64,000 nucleotides of DNA from the human T2T-CHM13v2.0 reference genome, Homo sapiens (GCF_009914755.1 NC_060942.1); one strand, 5' to 3'. Counted from the stretch's first letter, positions 37,046-52,624 are shown. Numbers and translations are program-made. Notes: a model not told the origin generated them from the letters alone.

Positions 37046-40000
37046 AAGTGAACTTTATAATTTATTTATTCACCAAAACCACCTCTCTGGAAAATGAAAC
37101 CCATAAGATAAAAATTGTATGGATTAACCTCTTTGCAATCATCTAATAAAATGAATAATTCATTTTATTTTATTGTTACATGTTAGTTTTATCTTTAACA
37201 CAGAATTGAAAGTTTCACGTAGAAAATGTAGGAAGTAACTCAAAATCTACCAGGTTTCAAGTTTATATCAAGCTTAATTTTTTGGGAACTTTGGGATATC
37301 AGTAAGATGGTGTGGTCACTTAAATGGCCAGAAGAAGTAGAAGTGTCTCCGCAACTCAGGGACTAATGGCTTCTCTGAAGTAGCTGTTAACATGTTGATT
37401 GCAATGCCACTGCTTTTACATCTCTTTATAGAAAGACTCCTAAAAGAATGAAAATATTCATTAAACCACGAAATCACCATTGAAAAAGTTACTGTATTTC
37501 ATCATATGTTTTTCTGAAAAAAAAAAGATAAAGAAAAAACTTAAAACTTGATCATCTTTTTTCTGTTTGGTCTAGCATCTACCTTGGACATTTTGCAAAA
37601 ACATTTTTTTAAATGTGATTTTCAATTTTGGACGTTGGATACTTCCTATAAGAAATCACAAACTTTTTTTTAGTCCAATTCTCTGTGCTCCTGCTTTTAC
37701 TCAATCTTGGTCAAAGCCCAAAATGAGAGAGATGTGAGAAAATCTAAAACTCAAACTCCTTTACTGAGAAGTTAAAATGGATTATTCAAACAGCAAAAAA
37801 TGTGTCGATTTGGATTTCAAGTCTTTAAATCAATGGTTGAATTTTAATGCTTCGTATCATCAACACATAGATATATCATGGATAAATAATTAAAATATAT
37901 TAATATCCCATTTCCAGAAATCTCAAACAATTAGTAACATGCTGAATGGTGAATTATAATTCTGTTTACATTTATATTTCTAAGCCTGGTGCTAAGACAC
38001 AGGACAAATCAATAAGCCACTAGCACACATTTGTGGAGCACCTATACGATGCCATATAGTAAACTACACTATCACCATAAGGGATTTAAACAGAATAGGA
38101 ACTTATACATTAGATAGAAATAAAATATACATAAAAATACCATATTTAATTGTTGCTGTGAGCCAACTAGGTTATATTAGTCTATCACTATAGTAAGTTT
38201 TATGTTTCAAGTTGATCTGTGGCATACTTGTATTTCAATTTATCTAACAAAAAGTCCTACTATAATAGCATTTAAGTAAAAACTTACCTTGAGTAGATAT
38301 GTTAGTGTATCAGTATTCTGCTTGAGCTTCGTTCCTGTGTGAAATGGAATACTTATATAAATTAAAAATTACTTGAATTTTCTAATGGCTCTAATACTGC
38401 TATAATCTTTCTTCAACAATTTTTAAAAAGTTTTTGAAGTAGAATTATGCATAAGTGTGATGCATTTGTTGTCTATTTTTCTCCACTAAAGAAGATTGGC
38501 AACATTCATGTCACACATAAAATGGTTTAAGAGTCTCTAATGATATACAAGGTAAGATTTCCTAAGGTTGAAAAAAAATACTTCCAGGCTTTTAAAACAA
38601 TGCATAAATACTGTTGGTTTTAGATTTCTTATTGTATTGGTCCATGTCAGTTCTCCCCTCTTTATGTGGCTTTGAGTGCATCTCACTTCCTCCACCACCT
38701 TTTGCAACATAATAATAGTTAAAGGATTTCATACAATCCCTGGCATCTGTAAAAAACATTTCTTTCTTTCTTTCTCTCATCAGCTCTAAAAGCTCAAACA
38801 TTTGCCCACTTTCACACATCTCCCCCAGGGATGCTGCAAGAAACAGGAGGATGAGATGATTTTGTCTTTTGTTTCCTAAGTGTGGCAAAACCCTTTCTGG
38901 CAAAGAAAATGGGTGGAAAGATAAATGAAATGCCAGGAAACCTTGCTGCTTAGCTCAGCTCATCTGTTGAGAGAGACAGAGACAACATATACATTCACAT
39001 GCTCTGGGCCTTTGCTGAGGTTTACATAAACCTTTATACAGCTATTCCATTGCTTAGTGAAGGCTATTAGTGATATGCATTTCCTGCATATGAATGGAAG
39101 GAATTTATATAATACCTTATTTGGCTTCAATAAGGCAATGTTTTTTAGAGTTTTCCAAGTCATACAGAGTTTACTTGATAGTGCTGAAAGTGGTCCTCTC
39201 TTGGCCTGGAATCAAGAATGACTTTTTGTCTTCCTCTTGACCTACCTACAAATAAGGTGGTGGTCCGTCATTTAGATGGCATCACGTGGCTTCAAAAGAG
39301 GGCAGGTGTGCAACACTGTACTCCAGCCCATTCTCACCCTCATCTCATTATTGCAATTACCTTCTTCGGAACCAAAAGAACTCAACTTAAATAATCCTCT
39401 GCTGAGGTGTTTTCCAAAGCATCTTTTCCTAAAAACTAGTTCCAGGAAACACAAATTTACCACAGGCTCTTAATAATTTAGTCATTCTCTGGATAAAGTT
39501 TTCCTTTTATGTATATGAGTTTATAGTACTGACATTAAGCAAATTCAGAACCTGGTTCCATTTGCTGTACATAAAATGGCAGAAAATAATGTTCCATTTG
39601 TGACCCTGTGCATAAATTACGTGGAGACCATGAGGTGGGATTTCTGGGCTATCAAAGTTCTTATTTCCGAAAACATCTCCACCAGCTGAAGTACAAAGTA
39701 CATACTATTAAACTTTTGAGTTGTGTCGTTATCTAGAGAAGATGGGTCTTGTTAAAATGTAATCTTTTCTTCAGCAATTAACTTATTACTGCCTTTAGCA
39801 CACTTAGGTAAATTAACACAACTATATTACAGATATGAATATTTATCTAGGATGACCAATAAAATGAGGAGAGTTGGTCTGCCTACCTCACACTGGTCAT
39901 GTTGGGAGCTCCAGAAATTGCCAAACAGGGTATGAGGGAAATCTTGAGGTGAACAGAAATGGTGAAACGTAGAAGAAGGGATGCCATCTCACAGTGGAGG

Positions 40001-40429
40001 GGAACAATCTTGCTGTCTCTAGGAGAGTAAAGGTGATTCAGCTTCACAGGGGTTCTGACCTAGGATCCAGTGTAGGTCTCCATAAATGTGGTGAGTTAAT
40101 AATGATGCTTTCTGGGATCTTCTTGTTTTCAACGATGGGCACTGTGGAGGCACCAACTGTAGCAGAGGACATGCCAATAGACCAGAGGCAATAGCATCAT
40201 CACACAAAGGTCAGGAGATGAGCCCCTTAATAATATGTATACAGAGATTAAAGAATATTGGAAAATGTGGTCAAAAAAATATTAAGTCTTCTTCTACCCT
40301 CAGCACTCTGCTGGAGAAAAAATGAAATCTTGAATGGGCAGAGCTAAGACTTTAGCAATTGTGTCAAGGTGGATTTCTCTATACTGAAAGTAACTTCTAA
40401 AGGGGACTAGTATGTACCACTATTTCATG

Positions 40430-41210
40430 GAAATTCAGACATAATTCCTTTCTGCTTCAAGCTTGTATTCTAATGAATGATACAGACCAAAAAACCAAAT
40501 GCCTGCAAATTAAATCCCATATAGTTAAAAAGAACTACAATCATTAAAAAAAGGAGATGATAGAGAATAATGGAAAATTTATTTTAGATGTGATAATCTA
40601 GAAAAATTTTATTAATAAGGTAACATTGAAGTTAGGAACCAAACAATTGTAAATATCAGGAGAAGGCCTCTGAAACCCTGAGACAGGTGAAACCTTGACA
40701 TAATAGAAGGATGGAAAGAGCAAATTATAAGAGGGTAGCAAGAAAAAGGAAGAGTGCTGCAAGACAAAGTTGGAGTGAGATGTAGGACCCTATCACTGGG
40801 TAAGAGGGCTGGAGTCACAGAACATATGCAGTCACTCTGGGTGTTTGAGGGGCATGGCCCAATCAAATTTACATCTATAAATAAATACTTATGAGAATTC
40901 AAGGCAGGCAGAAAAGCAGAAGGTTACAGTTAGAGTTTTGCCGTCATCCAAGGGAGTTGAGGTGTCCGGACTAATGTAGTGGAAGTGAGGACATTCAAAA
41001 AGATGGCAGATTTGTGATGGGTTTAGGAGAAATGACAGGGTTGGCTGATGTGTTAGTTAGGGAGGGTAAAGAAAAGGGAGGAGCGTTTGAGAATAACGTT
41101 GCATCTCTGGTGAAAAACTAGGAAAAGAGTTTTGGGGAGAAAGCAGGAGCTTTAATTTACATATGTTTAAACAGATGTGTTAAGGGAGGCAGTTGAATAT
41201 AAAATTCTGT
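40430..41210 (-). mobile_element. L2 LINE fragment
   Basis: CAGACATAATTCCTTTCTGCTTCAAGCTTGTATTCTA...TCATCCAAGGGAG...TTGGCTGATGTGTTAG...AGGCAGTTGAATATA. Confidence 0.75.
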
Positions 41211-41469
41211 AGAAGGGCAGTAATAAAGATAGTCTTTGTTTGTTTAAATCTCCTTGAATTTTCTTCATACTCGTGGTTATAAAGAGACAGTTTTTGCTGG
41301 TGGTGTTATTTATTTAAACTTTCATTCATTCAATCAAGATGATATATTATTCAAGGCCTTGAGTAAGGTGCTGTGAGGGTATGAAGATGAGAAATATACC
41401 CTTACAGGTTAGACTATACCAGGATATGCCTGCTTCCAGCCCTGCTTATGGGCTCCAGAGTAACATGGT

Positions 41470-41660
41470 CCTGGCTTTAGTGTTACTTCGGCCAGTAACT
41501 GAGTTTTGGCCTTTTGCTTAACTTCATGTCCCTCATCTCCAAAAATAAGGACCCAAATACCTTAATTTATGGCATTTTGGGAAATGTTAACATGGTAAAC
41601 ATGGGGAAACAATGACCAGCACTTAGGCAGTTTTCACTAAAATACGATTAGTGTTGTTTG
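41470..41660 (+). mobile_element. MIR SINE
   Basis: TCCTGGCTTT...GCTTAACTTC...CCTCATCTCCAAAAATAAGG...CAGCACTTAGGCAG. Confidence 0.6.
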
Positions 41661-41699
41661 TAGGAACATTTGTTTATATTTATTTTGGGGTGTGTCAAA

Positions 41700-41777
41700 T
41701 ATGGACACTGGCAAACTGGAAGTTATCCAGAAAAAAAAATAATCAGGGTATCAAAGGATCTCAATCATAGCATGGCA

Positions 41778-41808
<31 letters not shown>

Positions 41809-42095
41809 CAAAAAAAAACTGCACATTCTGCTTTGGAAAAAAAAAGTTTTAGGGATATTTCGTGGCTGCATTAAAGTGAAATTCTATAATAAACAGGAAG
41901 ATGAGATCTCATTCTGAAAGCAAACTTTAGGCACTTGGATGGTTTGCTTTATTGGCTAGTGAATTCCACAATGGGGCAGTGTTCAGGCAGAGCCTAAGAG
42001 ATATTTAAGTGAAGGTAGAGGGCCAAAAATCCATATAAAGGGAGGCTGCAAAGAATGACCTCACAGTTTCTTTACTTTAATCCTAGTGCTATTTC
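41700..42095 (+). mobile_element. CR1/L3 LINE 3' fragment containing an (AAAAC)n microsatellite
   Basis: GGACACTGGCAAACTGGAAGTTATCCAG...GTGAATTCCAC...GTGTTCAGGCAGAGCCTA...GAATGACCTCACAG. Confidence 0.6.
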
Positions 42096-43754
42096 TATCA
42101 AGGAGTTTACAAACAAGTAGAGCTGTTGAAATTAGAATAAATTAAGTGGAATACAAGGCAGTAAGCGATACAGTGTTTTCAAGAATTTTCCTTCAAATAG
42201 AGTAAAAGTCTTTTTTTCCAGGAATTCTTAGAAAAACCCGATGTGTTAAATTTGAACTCCTTTGATAAAGCCTCGTCCATGCATCCTTTTTCTTTCCCCC
42301 CGCAATTTTCTTTTTCCTTCAGTTAGATCTTTAAAGCACTCTGGTGGAACAAAGACTTCTCCAATTGAAATTTACAAGCATGATTTAAGACTGTATTTTT
42401 ATTTCCAGAAAAGAATAAATCACTTAAATTTGGGGTAACCTTGGGAAAAGTACAATTATAATAATGCTCATCAAGCACCTAGATGACTACTTAGCATTTA
42501 GTAGGCCTCTGAGTGGCAGTTTCCATCTTCTTTTCCTCCTTTTGCGCTCACCATCCATGAAAGCACATGCTAATGTTTCCCTCCTTGAAGTCCTTCAGTC
42601 TTACCTAACTCATTAAATCACTTAGTAATACTTAATTGTCTTTTAGCTTTCAATGTTTTAGGATTGTCTCCCTAACTAGACTTTTATATTTAAAAAGCCT
42701 TACATGATGCCAATAATTCAGTTAGCCATGCTGTCTACATTTGATATTTGGACATGTGATCTTATTAATGATTTTGTGCCCCTTCCCATTGCTAAAGGCC
42801 ACTCTTTAAAGTGCAACATCCCAATTAAATTTATAGGGCATATCATGGCTTATAGAATTCATAGAAAATAATATTGACATTAAGATAATTCAGGATGTAT
42901 GGCCCACGCTTTATATCCATTACAGACAGACTGTATAAATGATCCAGTTGGGGTGTATTTTGAACATGGTTTCAAGCTATGAACTAAACTCACTGTCAAT
43001 TTTGTGGAAGGTTTTCCCAATTCCATGCTGCAGCAACTTACAGGAGGACCAACTTATAATGAAGTCCCTGTGCTACTGCCTCTTGTCCTCCAGGAATTCA
43101 GATCCTGGGCAGAGGCCATTATCTTCCTGAACTATCACCCAATATTCTGAATAGAAGGTTCAGGGCACATGAATAATGCCACACTAGGAGAGGAGTGTCT
43201 GTGTTCCCAAGCTTACCAATTCCCATATGCCTCCCTGTCTACCTGTTGTGGCAGAGCTGCAGCAAGAAGCCAATTATTTCAGAAGGCTTTTGTTTTGCAG
43301 TAAGGCAAGTTCACTGACTGCTGCACATTAATTCCTGGCTATAGATATAATGGCCACCTGGTTAGTTTCGCCTACAAATGTCAGCCCACAGGAAAAACTC
43401 TAATCCCCAAACTCTAACACTATTAAGCAGAAAAGATATTAAGGCTTATGTTGGACCTGATTGGAGAGTAATTATGATTCAATCTAACAGAAGTCTTCAT
43501 AGTGAGACTATCTGACTTCCTTCCATGGTGCAGTAGCATCTTGTATTGTGAGAACTCTAGCAATGAACAGTATTCAATGGAGAAGACCCGTATGTGATCT
43601 CCATGATGGAAGAGAAAGGGCCTTTGCTCAAATATCATCCTATAGAAAGAATTCCCATTGAAAAGAAGACAGAGTCTCAGAGTCCTGAAGAAGATAGGTC
43701 ATTTGAAAATATTTTTAAGATTATACATGTTTCAACTTGTTTTTCGTTACTGAC

Positions 43755-44713
<959 letters not shown>

Positions 44714-45884
44714 GGAACCATGTTAAATTTACTCTGGAACTTCACGTAACAGAACCTCAAATATTCTTCGATACAGGCATTGCACTTTACCCATATGGAA
44801 AACAAAGCAGAAATATGTAACCTGACTGGTTCAAGTATTCAAAACCTGCTGTCATGATTCTGCTGTCATTGAGCCTATGGCTCTTTCCTCTTATCCAAGC
44901 TTCTGAACAGAACCCTTTTGTTTGGTGAGAATTCATGTGATAAGATTCAGGAAGAAACAGTTCACTTTGCATTTTGCAAGCAAGATGCCAAATCCCCAAA
45001 GACATCTGCCTCTTTTGCAGGTCCTCTACACTTGTAAATAGACTCTCTTACATACTGCAGTCAGTAAAAGCTTGATTTCTCTTTTGAGATATAAAAAAGA
45101 ATTCTGAAATAGTCATCAATGTACTTTTATACCTATTACCATTTGGAGTGTTGAGGCAGAAGGGCTGAGAACTTCCTGCCCATTCAATTTGATATAAGTG
45201 GGGAACTTGAGTCTCTAACATTCCAGCCACTTACATGAATCACTTAACAAGTACATGAGAGGGAGATGGAGAGTAAATGGTCTATCAGAGGATCAATCCA
45301 TACATTTAGTTCTCATGCCATTGTACTGAAATTATTCTTTTGTTTTTGACATTCTATTTAAAAAGTCCATTAAATCATAATGCCCAAAGTAGAGAAAAAT
45401 ATCCCTCTGTGCTCTTGTGTAAAGTATAGACAAGTATAAAGCATGTTTAGGAAGTTTGACTAGAGTTTTTTCTTCCTTTTTTAGTAGAAAGTTATACCAA
45501 AAAGTTTAGAGTTATTTAAGAAGAATATCCCTTTCTCCCCCCAAAAAACGTGACATATTGGAAAAGAAGCAAGTGAATCCAATAACAAGGACAGGGTTTT
45601 TTCTGTTTGTCCTTTTCTTCAAGTTAATCCTATTTACATATTCCCTAATTTTATGATAGAGATTTTTTAAACATATTAATAGGTCAATTAATCCATGCTG
45701 TTAATGGGGTGGTACTTAACTCAGTCTTTATGGGAGGGTTTACTTGGATGGTGTATTATTGCTATAAATGCTGCTACTGAAGAGATTTGTATCCATCGAT
45801 TGGTACTTTTAGCATGTTGATCTGTCAAACAGATAAGGGATTTTTAGACTTTTGTATTCAAATTAAGAATTAGGTGGGATGAAC

Positions 45885-46165
45885 TTTCTGATTTCCTGAG
45901 ATTCAAACCATCTTTCTTGCTATTTTCAGTCCCTCCCCATCTTTTCTGAGGTGTTGGTTTTCATACCTGGGCCTTGTCATTTACTTTATCTTTTCCCTGG
46001 AATGTCTCCACCAATATTCTCTACTTGGCAACAAATCCACCTTATAGCCCAGTTCCTTTATGATGTCCTTCCACATAATCCATTTAGTTTCCATAATCCA
46101 TTGTCCTCTCCCTTTTTAGAAATTCTCAAGAATGATACACCTTGTCATTCATTGTTGCTATGACC
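45885..46165 (+). mobile_element. L2 fragment
   Basis: CTGGGCCTTG...CCCTGGAATGTCTC...CAAATCCACCTTA. Confidence 0.5.
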
Positions 46166-46334
46166 TCATGGCTGTTTAATGTGGCTTGCTGCAGGGGCTC
46201 TGAATGCCTCAAGAACCAAAGGCAACATTTTCTTTCCATCTCAATCTTCCATCTCCCATTGTGCAGCCTGATCAGGTTGTGAGAACCAGGTATACTCTGA
46301 ATGCTTCCTTGCTTGAATTGCCAGTGTGCATACA

Positions 46335-46580
46335 ACATAACATGAACAATTTCCTGCTTTTGTACAGCAATTTACAAATTCCAAAGTAGTTCTAGAAACA
46401 TTATTTTCTTGAATAGTATGGGAACTATGGACAGTAAATACTCTTATTTTCCTATAATTAGAGACACTGGGGCTCTGACTGATTAAGGAAATATCCTATA
46501 GTTACAGTCAGCAAATGAAAAGCTAGAAATAGATATTAGAGGAATCTCTAAAAATAAGTCCAAAAGTCTTTTGGTTACAC
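46335..46580 (-). mobile_element. MIR SINE
   Basis: TTTTGTACAGCAATTTACAAATTCCAAAG...GAGACACTGGGGCTCTGACTGATTAAG...GGTTACAGTCAGCAAATG. Confidence 0.65.
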
Positions 46581-48270
46581 ATTTTAAGATATATTTCTCT
46601 ATCCCTTATCTTAGGAGAAATTTACTGGATTAATTATAAATGAAAGAAGGAAAATAAGAAACAAGGCTGTAATTATTTTCAAAGCATGTTTCTACAGATT
46701 ACCTTCATCAGAACATTCTACATTTTTTAATTTAAAATTTAGGTCTCCAAGCCTCCACAGCAACCTGATGAATTATATCTGTTGGAACAGAGCCTAAGAA
46801 TCAATATTCTATATCAAAATTTACTGATATGGGAAACCTCAGCGATTGAGACAAAATGTCTGGGTGGTTATAATTTGCTACCTTTTGAGTCCAAAAAGTG
46901 AAGGAATATTTTCCTTTGCAACTCTGTCTAGAACAAGCATTCTGAATTTCTATTTTCTCAACATTCCATCTCCTCTATCACTTACAAGCATCATTTTCAT
47001 GAACTGAGTATAAAATAGATATAAAATGCCTTCTAAAACTTATCAATACATCTAATTATAGTCATCAATCCGTGGGGTATGTTTAAAGATCATAAGTTAG
47101 AGGGCAGAGGGTAGAGCAGAAAGCCATAGGTGACAGAATATTATATTTTGCCAATGCAAAGGGCATGTTATTTTAAGAGCACACACTATTAATGAAAACT
47201 TTTCTACTTTCTTCTTGTATACATATGTGCAGAGGCAAGTTGGACTAAAACTAGCACGGTTGCTAGAAATGCACCTCCTGAGACGTGGGTAGTCCTCATT
47301 TTGTGAACAAATTCAGAGAAGGCAGTGCTACCATCATGGATGTATGGAAATGCCCATTTTATGGGAAATAGCTTGGGTGTGCATGGAATGGGTTACATAT
47401 AGAATGCAGTGTGTCCAGGGTAGCTAACTGTAAAGCAAAGACAAGACACCACCAGGAAAGAAAAAAGACCAAGACTACAACAAAGATCCAAGGGCATCCT
47501 GAATATCTCAGTGTGAGACAATCCATCAATCACACCAACACTCATGAGTACCTTTATAATATCACTAATATGCCATCTTTCTAGGCATCTGTATGTGTAT
47601 ACACACAGATACACATATACACGTATTTTTTCTTATTTCCAAAGTCATAATTCATTCTACTACTATTTATCAGGTGCCTATAATGCCCAAATATTCACTT
47701 TTCTCCATATTTTTAGCCCATTATTTTTCATTTTTTTCTTCTTTCCTGTCATGTTTCTGGAATGTGTAACATGCTGTATGAACTAAAGCAGGTTGTATTG
47801 GACTACATAACTCACTATAGTTTCAATCATATGTACAATGCTTATTTGGGGGTTCTACCCAGTAACAATTCTGGCTTCAGAATATATTGTTTTCAGAGTC
47901 TTCTGACATTACTCAGGCATGCTGGTTGTACATAAAATATGTCTGGGCTTGAGAAGGCTAAGTTGCATATAAGCTCAAGTTCCTCTTTGCCTTTATGTTT
48001 AAACAAAAATAACTATCTTATTTCCAGATCCAGTCAGACCACAAGAAAAACTACCACTTCTTGCCAAGTAGCAAGGGACAGATTGGTAAGAACAGAGTGG
48101 GGGAAAAAAGACAAAACTTATTTTCCCTCTCAGAACAAACAAAGCAAGGAATCCAGTTGGAAGGCAAGAGGCATTGCTTTATAGACTGGGACAAGGCTGA
48201 AGCCAGCTTCCCCATGGCTTGATCCTGTCTAATCAGAAAACAACACTTACAAATACCAGACAATACTGAC

Positions 48271-48310
48271 TGTATTAGTTAGGATTCTCCAGAGGCAAAG
48301 AATAAATAAG

Positions 48311-48375
<65 letters not shown>

Positions 48376-48881
48376 CAGAAACAGACAGAAACAGATCTAA
48401 CAAAATGAAGTGACTCACACAATTATCAAGGCTGAAAAGTCCCAAGATCTGTAGTTGACAAACTGGAGACCCCTGAGAGCCTATGTTTAGCTCTGGTTTG
48501 AGCTTGTAGGTCTGAGAACCAAGGGAACCAATGATGTAGTAAAGTCTACTCTAAAAGCTGGCAGGCTTGAGGCCCAAGAAGAGCTGATGTTTTAGTTCTA
48601 GTTTGAAGGCTGGAAAAGAATAATGTCTTGGCTAATGCAGTCAGGCAGGAGAAGTAACCTCTTACTCAGTCTTTTGATTCCATTCAGGTCTTCAATTGAT
48701 TGGATGAGGCCCACCTACTTTAGGGAGAGCAATCTACTTTAGATTAGATAGATTCTAATCTATCTGTAGATTCAAATGTAATCTCAGAAACACCATTGTA
48801 GACATACCCGGAATTATGTTTGGTTAAACATCTCAGTACCTTATGGTCCAGTCAAGTTGGCACAAAAACTTAACCATCATA
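48271..48881 (-). mobile_element. Solo ERVL LTR (MLT2B type)
   Basis: TGTATTAGTTAGGATTCTCCAGAG...TTGGATGAGGCCCACC...CCAGTCAAGTTGGCACAAAAACTTAACCATCATA; perfect TSD CTGAC at 48266-48270 and 48882-48886. Confidence 0.95.
48313..48374 (+). repeat. Compound microsatellite (GT)22(AG)9 inside the MLT2B
   Basis: Directly visible. Confidence 0.95.
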
Positions 48882-51524
48882 CTGACCTGGAAGTCAAGGT
48901 TTCCAGCAAATTGGAGACTTGAAGGTAATTTGGTCTAAATCCCCACTCAGGACAGATTTATTTATTTATTTATTTTTATTATTTACTTTTTTTGCCTCTG
49001 CAAGTGAATGTCATGTAGATTTTTCATGTGCATCTCACATTATACTTTCTCAGGTGGCCCACTCCGTTTTTGGAAATTTAGACTGAAATATTTATTAATG
49101 TCTGATCTAGTCATTTTCATATTTTGACACTCTTGTTCAAATACTTCTTCAGCATGAAGTGCTTTCCCAACTAAGTCTTTTCTTTTGAGTCTTCTGTCAT
49201 CAAGCAGTTACCAAAGCCTCTGCCTTCAGGGAGCTCACTCTAGTAAGAAACGCCAGCAATGAGTGCACAAAGGAAGAGCCATTAAATAAAAATCTGCAAA
49301 TAGGTAACTAAAGAGGGCAGGAATCATTCTGATCAAAGTTCCTACATCCCATTCTTGCTGTGAGCAGACTGACTTGATCTAATCAGGCACTCTATGAACT
49401 AGCACCCTGTGTGCATTTTATATTGCATTAGACAATGGCTAGAAACTTGAATTCTGAACTTGGATGACTATAACACAGGTGGAGAGACAGAGAAAGATGA
49501 CATTGCAAATGCAGCAGAAGCTGCCTAGGGTATATGAGAAGCAGTCAGTGAGTGGTCAGGCTGAAGGATCTGGGGAGGAGGAAGTCATCAGTGAATGCAA
49601 GTAGTTGAGAAGGACTTTGTGCCTTAATCCTTAAAGAATGGGTATTGTTTAACTTCTTTTGAAGGTGAGGTACACATTTCTAGGAAGGAGTGTCTGTGTA
49701 AAGGGATGAGGGTGGGAATGAGCAGTACTCTTCAAGATCTTTGAATGGCCACACTCACTAGGATGCAGGCTTCTGAGCATTGGAAGGTAAATTACTCACA
49801 ATTAAGAAAATGCCTCAGTCCAGGCAAAATCAGCCTCCAAAGGATTAGAAGAAAATTCTGAAGAAGTTTCTTGAGTCTAGGGATTGAAAGTATTTATTTA
49901 CCCACAGTGTAGGAGTTGTTCAGACAGTTATGAAACTTGCCTCCACACAGCTGTCCGCCTAATGGGCTGCATCAAGTCCCCAGTGGCTACCTCTTGGGAT
50001 GAACAGAGATTTCAGTCTCTTTCTCCACACCAATTTTCACACTGCCACTGCCAAGAAGGGGGGCAATTAATGTTGCTGCTGACAGTTATTCTACTTTGGG
50101 GCCAGGCCCTTGGGACGAAAACTCTCACTGGGATACCTAAGAGTTGGATCTGAATTTGGGGGAATGAGCTGCTGGAAAGAAAAAAAAAATAGCTGTTGGC
50201 ATCTTAGAAAATCTCTAAAATTAAAAAAAATTCTTTTTACCCTTTAAATTATTTAAAAGTAATTATTGAGTGTACAGCAAGTGCCATTGTCCATGCTGGA
50301 TGCTACAGTGTGGAAATAAGAGAGAAGCAAAAATGTAAAAGGAAGATACACAGCCTGCTTCCAGGAAACTAGAATTCCAGTTTGAAGAACAAGTCACTGA
50401 TTATGGTGCAATGCCTCAAACAGGGTAGGTGCCTTAAAAGCCTTTGTTGAATAAGTCATTGGGTAGAATACAAAACCAGCATGTGAGAGTAGAACTATAT
50501 AAAAGATTAAAAAGATCCACAACGGCTTACTTAATACCAAATTGTTAACACTGTCCCCACTTTTTCTCTTATGTATTTCCTGGTGCTGGTTCTCTCTGTT
50601 ATATGAACCTTTAAGTGATCAAAATATCGGGCACACTCTTTCTCCCTCCTATTGCAGAGGCTGCCTGCATGAGCTTTCGCTATAAGAAGTAGATAAGGAC
50701 AATTAGTTTGTGCCTCACGTCTAGTTATCACTCAGCTGAGCTGGCTGCTGAAGCTTCACGTTTTCACGTAACACTCCTGTACATGTCTCCTTTTTTAATT
50801 ATTTCTACAGGTTTTAATTTGTAAACTGTCATGTGAGATTTGGGGTTGCATTTTGCAGGAATAACTGATATGATTGCAAAAGCAAATTACAGCTATACCT
50901 GAAGCTTTTTTCAGACAAAAAATTATTACATATTTTCTAGTGTTGAGGGGAAAAAACTCTCTAGAACAAGCTTCTAAGCAAACACAACAATTCTGGTCTC
51001 CTGAAAATTGATATATTCAATTAAATGCTCACAATCTGGTTAGCTTTCAATAAACACCATTTAAATCCGAGACCCTCACTGTTATAAGCATGACGCCAGG
51101 TAATGAAGCTTGTATCATTGTTGCTCTCAAGATTTTCATCCAGTAATACACAGCTTTCAAAACTCTTATCTTTGAGCTCAGAAAGCAATTTGACTAATAT
51201 TAGAGGGCTCTTGCAATAAATATAATCATTATTTTAACTTGATACTTCTTGTAGTCAAACCTTTTAATTTATATTCTACTGAATTGAGAAGAGGTGGGAC
51301 TAACATTTTATAAAAAGTTTTTAAAATCCCTTTTCTTTATAGAGAGATTGAGAAATGTGACACAGTTATAGCAGATAGGCTTAAAAGCACAAGAGAACAA
51401 ACTATTTTTAGAAATGTTGATTGTTAATAAACACTGAAATTTCAGACCGTCACAAACACAAATATAATTAGTTACTTTTAGTAATAATTATATAGATCTG
51501 CTATACACTCAAGCATACATATAT

Positions 51525-51608
51525 AGGTATTATATATGTGTTTATGTGTGTGTATATACACATATAAACACATATATACACATATAAACACATATATACA
51601 CATATATG
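51525..51608. repeat. TA/TG/CA alternating tract with a 20-bp period and dyad symmetry
   Basis: TATATGTGTTTATGTGTGTGTA followed by two copies of TATACACATATAAACACATA. Confidence 0.85.
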
Positions 51609-51894
51609 CTAGTTACAAATTTTAAGCTGAAGAATATCATATGTGCTAAATAATACTAATGATTTCTATGTCAGAAAGATTAAGGTCCAGTTATCATAAG
51701 TACTTGAAAGTAATGGAATTGAATCAAACTGCCCACAAGTCTGACTTCATTAATTCGCAATGTCTTGCCCTCTAACTAGAGTGAATTGATGTTTTGTTCT
51801 AGTGTGTTTAATCAAATGCTGAAGAAGCAAGACAGAAGATAGGATGGAGAAGGAAAAGGAATGCAGACAACTTTTACTTAATATTTTAAGTGTG

Positions 51895-52020
51895 AAGTCA
51901 CGGCTGTCAATTCTCATTGACATTTTCCCATACTCTGCTTAATTAGTGTTTTTATTGCCATAAATTGAGTCTGTTTCTGCTTGCTAAATAAAAACTGGGA
52001 GAGAAAGCTATTTAATCTGA
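51895..52020. promoter_or_regulatory. Candidate TALE/Hox-type enhancer module
   Basis: Palindrome TGTCAAT-tctc-ATTGACA, then TTAATTA, TTTTATTG and CCATAAA within 60 bp. Confidence 0.3.
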
Positions 52021-52624
52021 AATTTTTTCTCCCTCAAAAAAGATGTTAAACAGTAAGTTTAGCTAGCTCTCTTTTCTCATTGTGATCTGCTAAGCATTTT
52101 GGCATACACATGTTTATTCTGAGTAAGGTATCATGAACAACCTTGAGATTCACATCATGGGACTGTTATCAAAGAAGCACCATTAGAAGTTTCAAGCAAG
52201 GCCATGGATCCATTTCACTGTCATTCTAACAAGGCATCCCTGACTACATGATGGCAAGGAGAACAGATTAAAGTATGGGAGCACCTGGCATAGGTAACTT
52301 CTTTAATGCTTCAGAAAAAGACTTATGGACTGAACCAAAAGAAAGTATTGGGAATGATGGTGAAGAAACATCTTTAATATAGGTTTAAGATACATAACTA
52401 ACAAGATTGTGACTCATTGTATACAGGGCATGAGATTTGAGAACTTATTTGTGAAGTTTCTGAGTCTTCTAGCTTGAGACACTAAGTAGACATCAATGCT
52501 TTACTCATATGAGGAATAAAGAAAGTCCTTGTGTAAACTTACCAGCAAGACTGAAAAAGTTTCCACTTAACCTCTGTGCCCTACCAAGATTGCAGAGGAG
52601 CCCAAAGGCAAGTTCAAGTACAGA

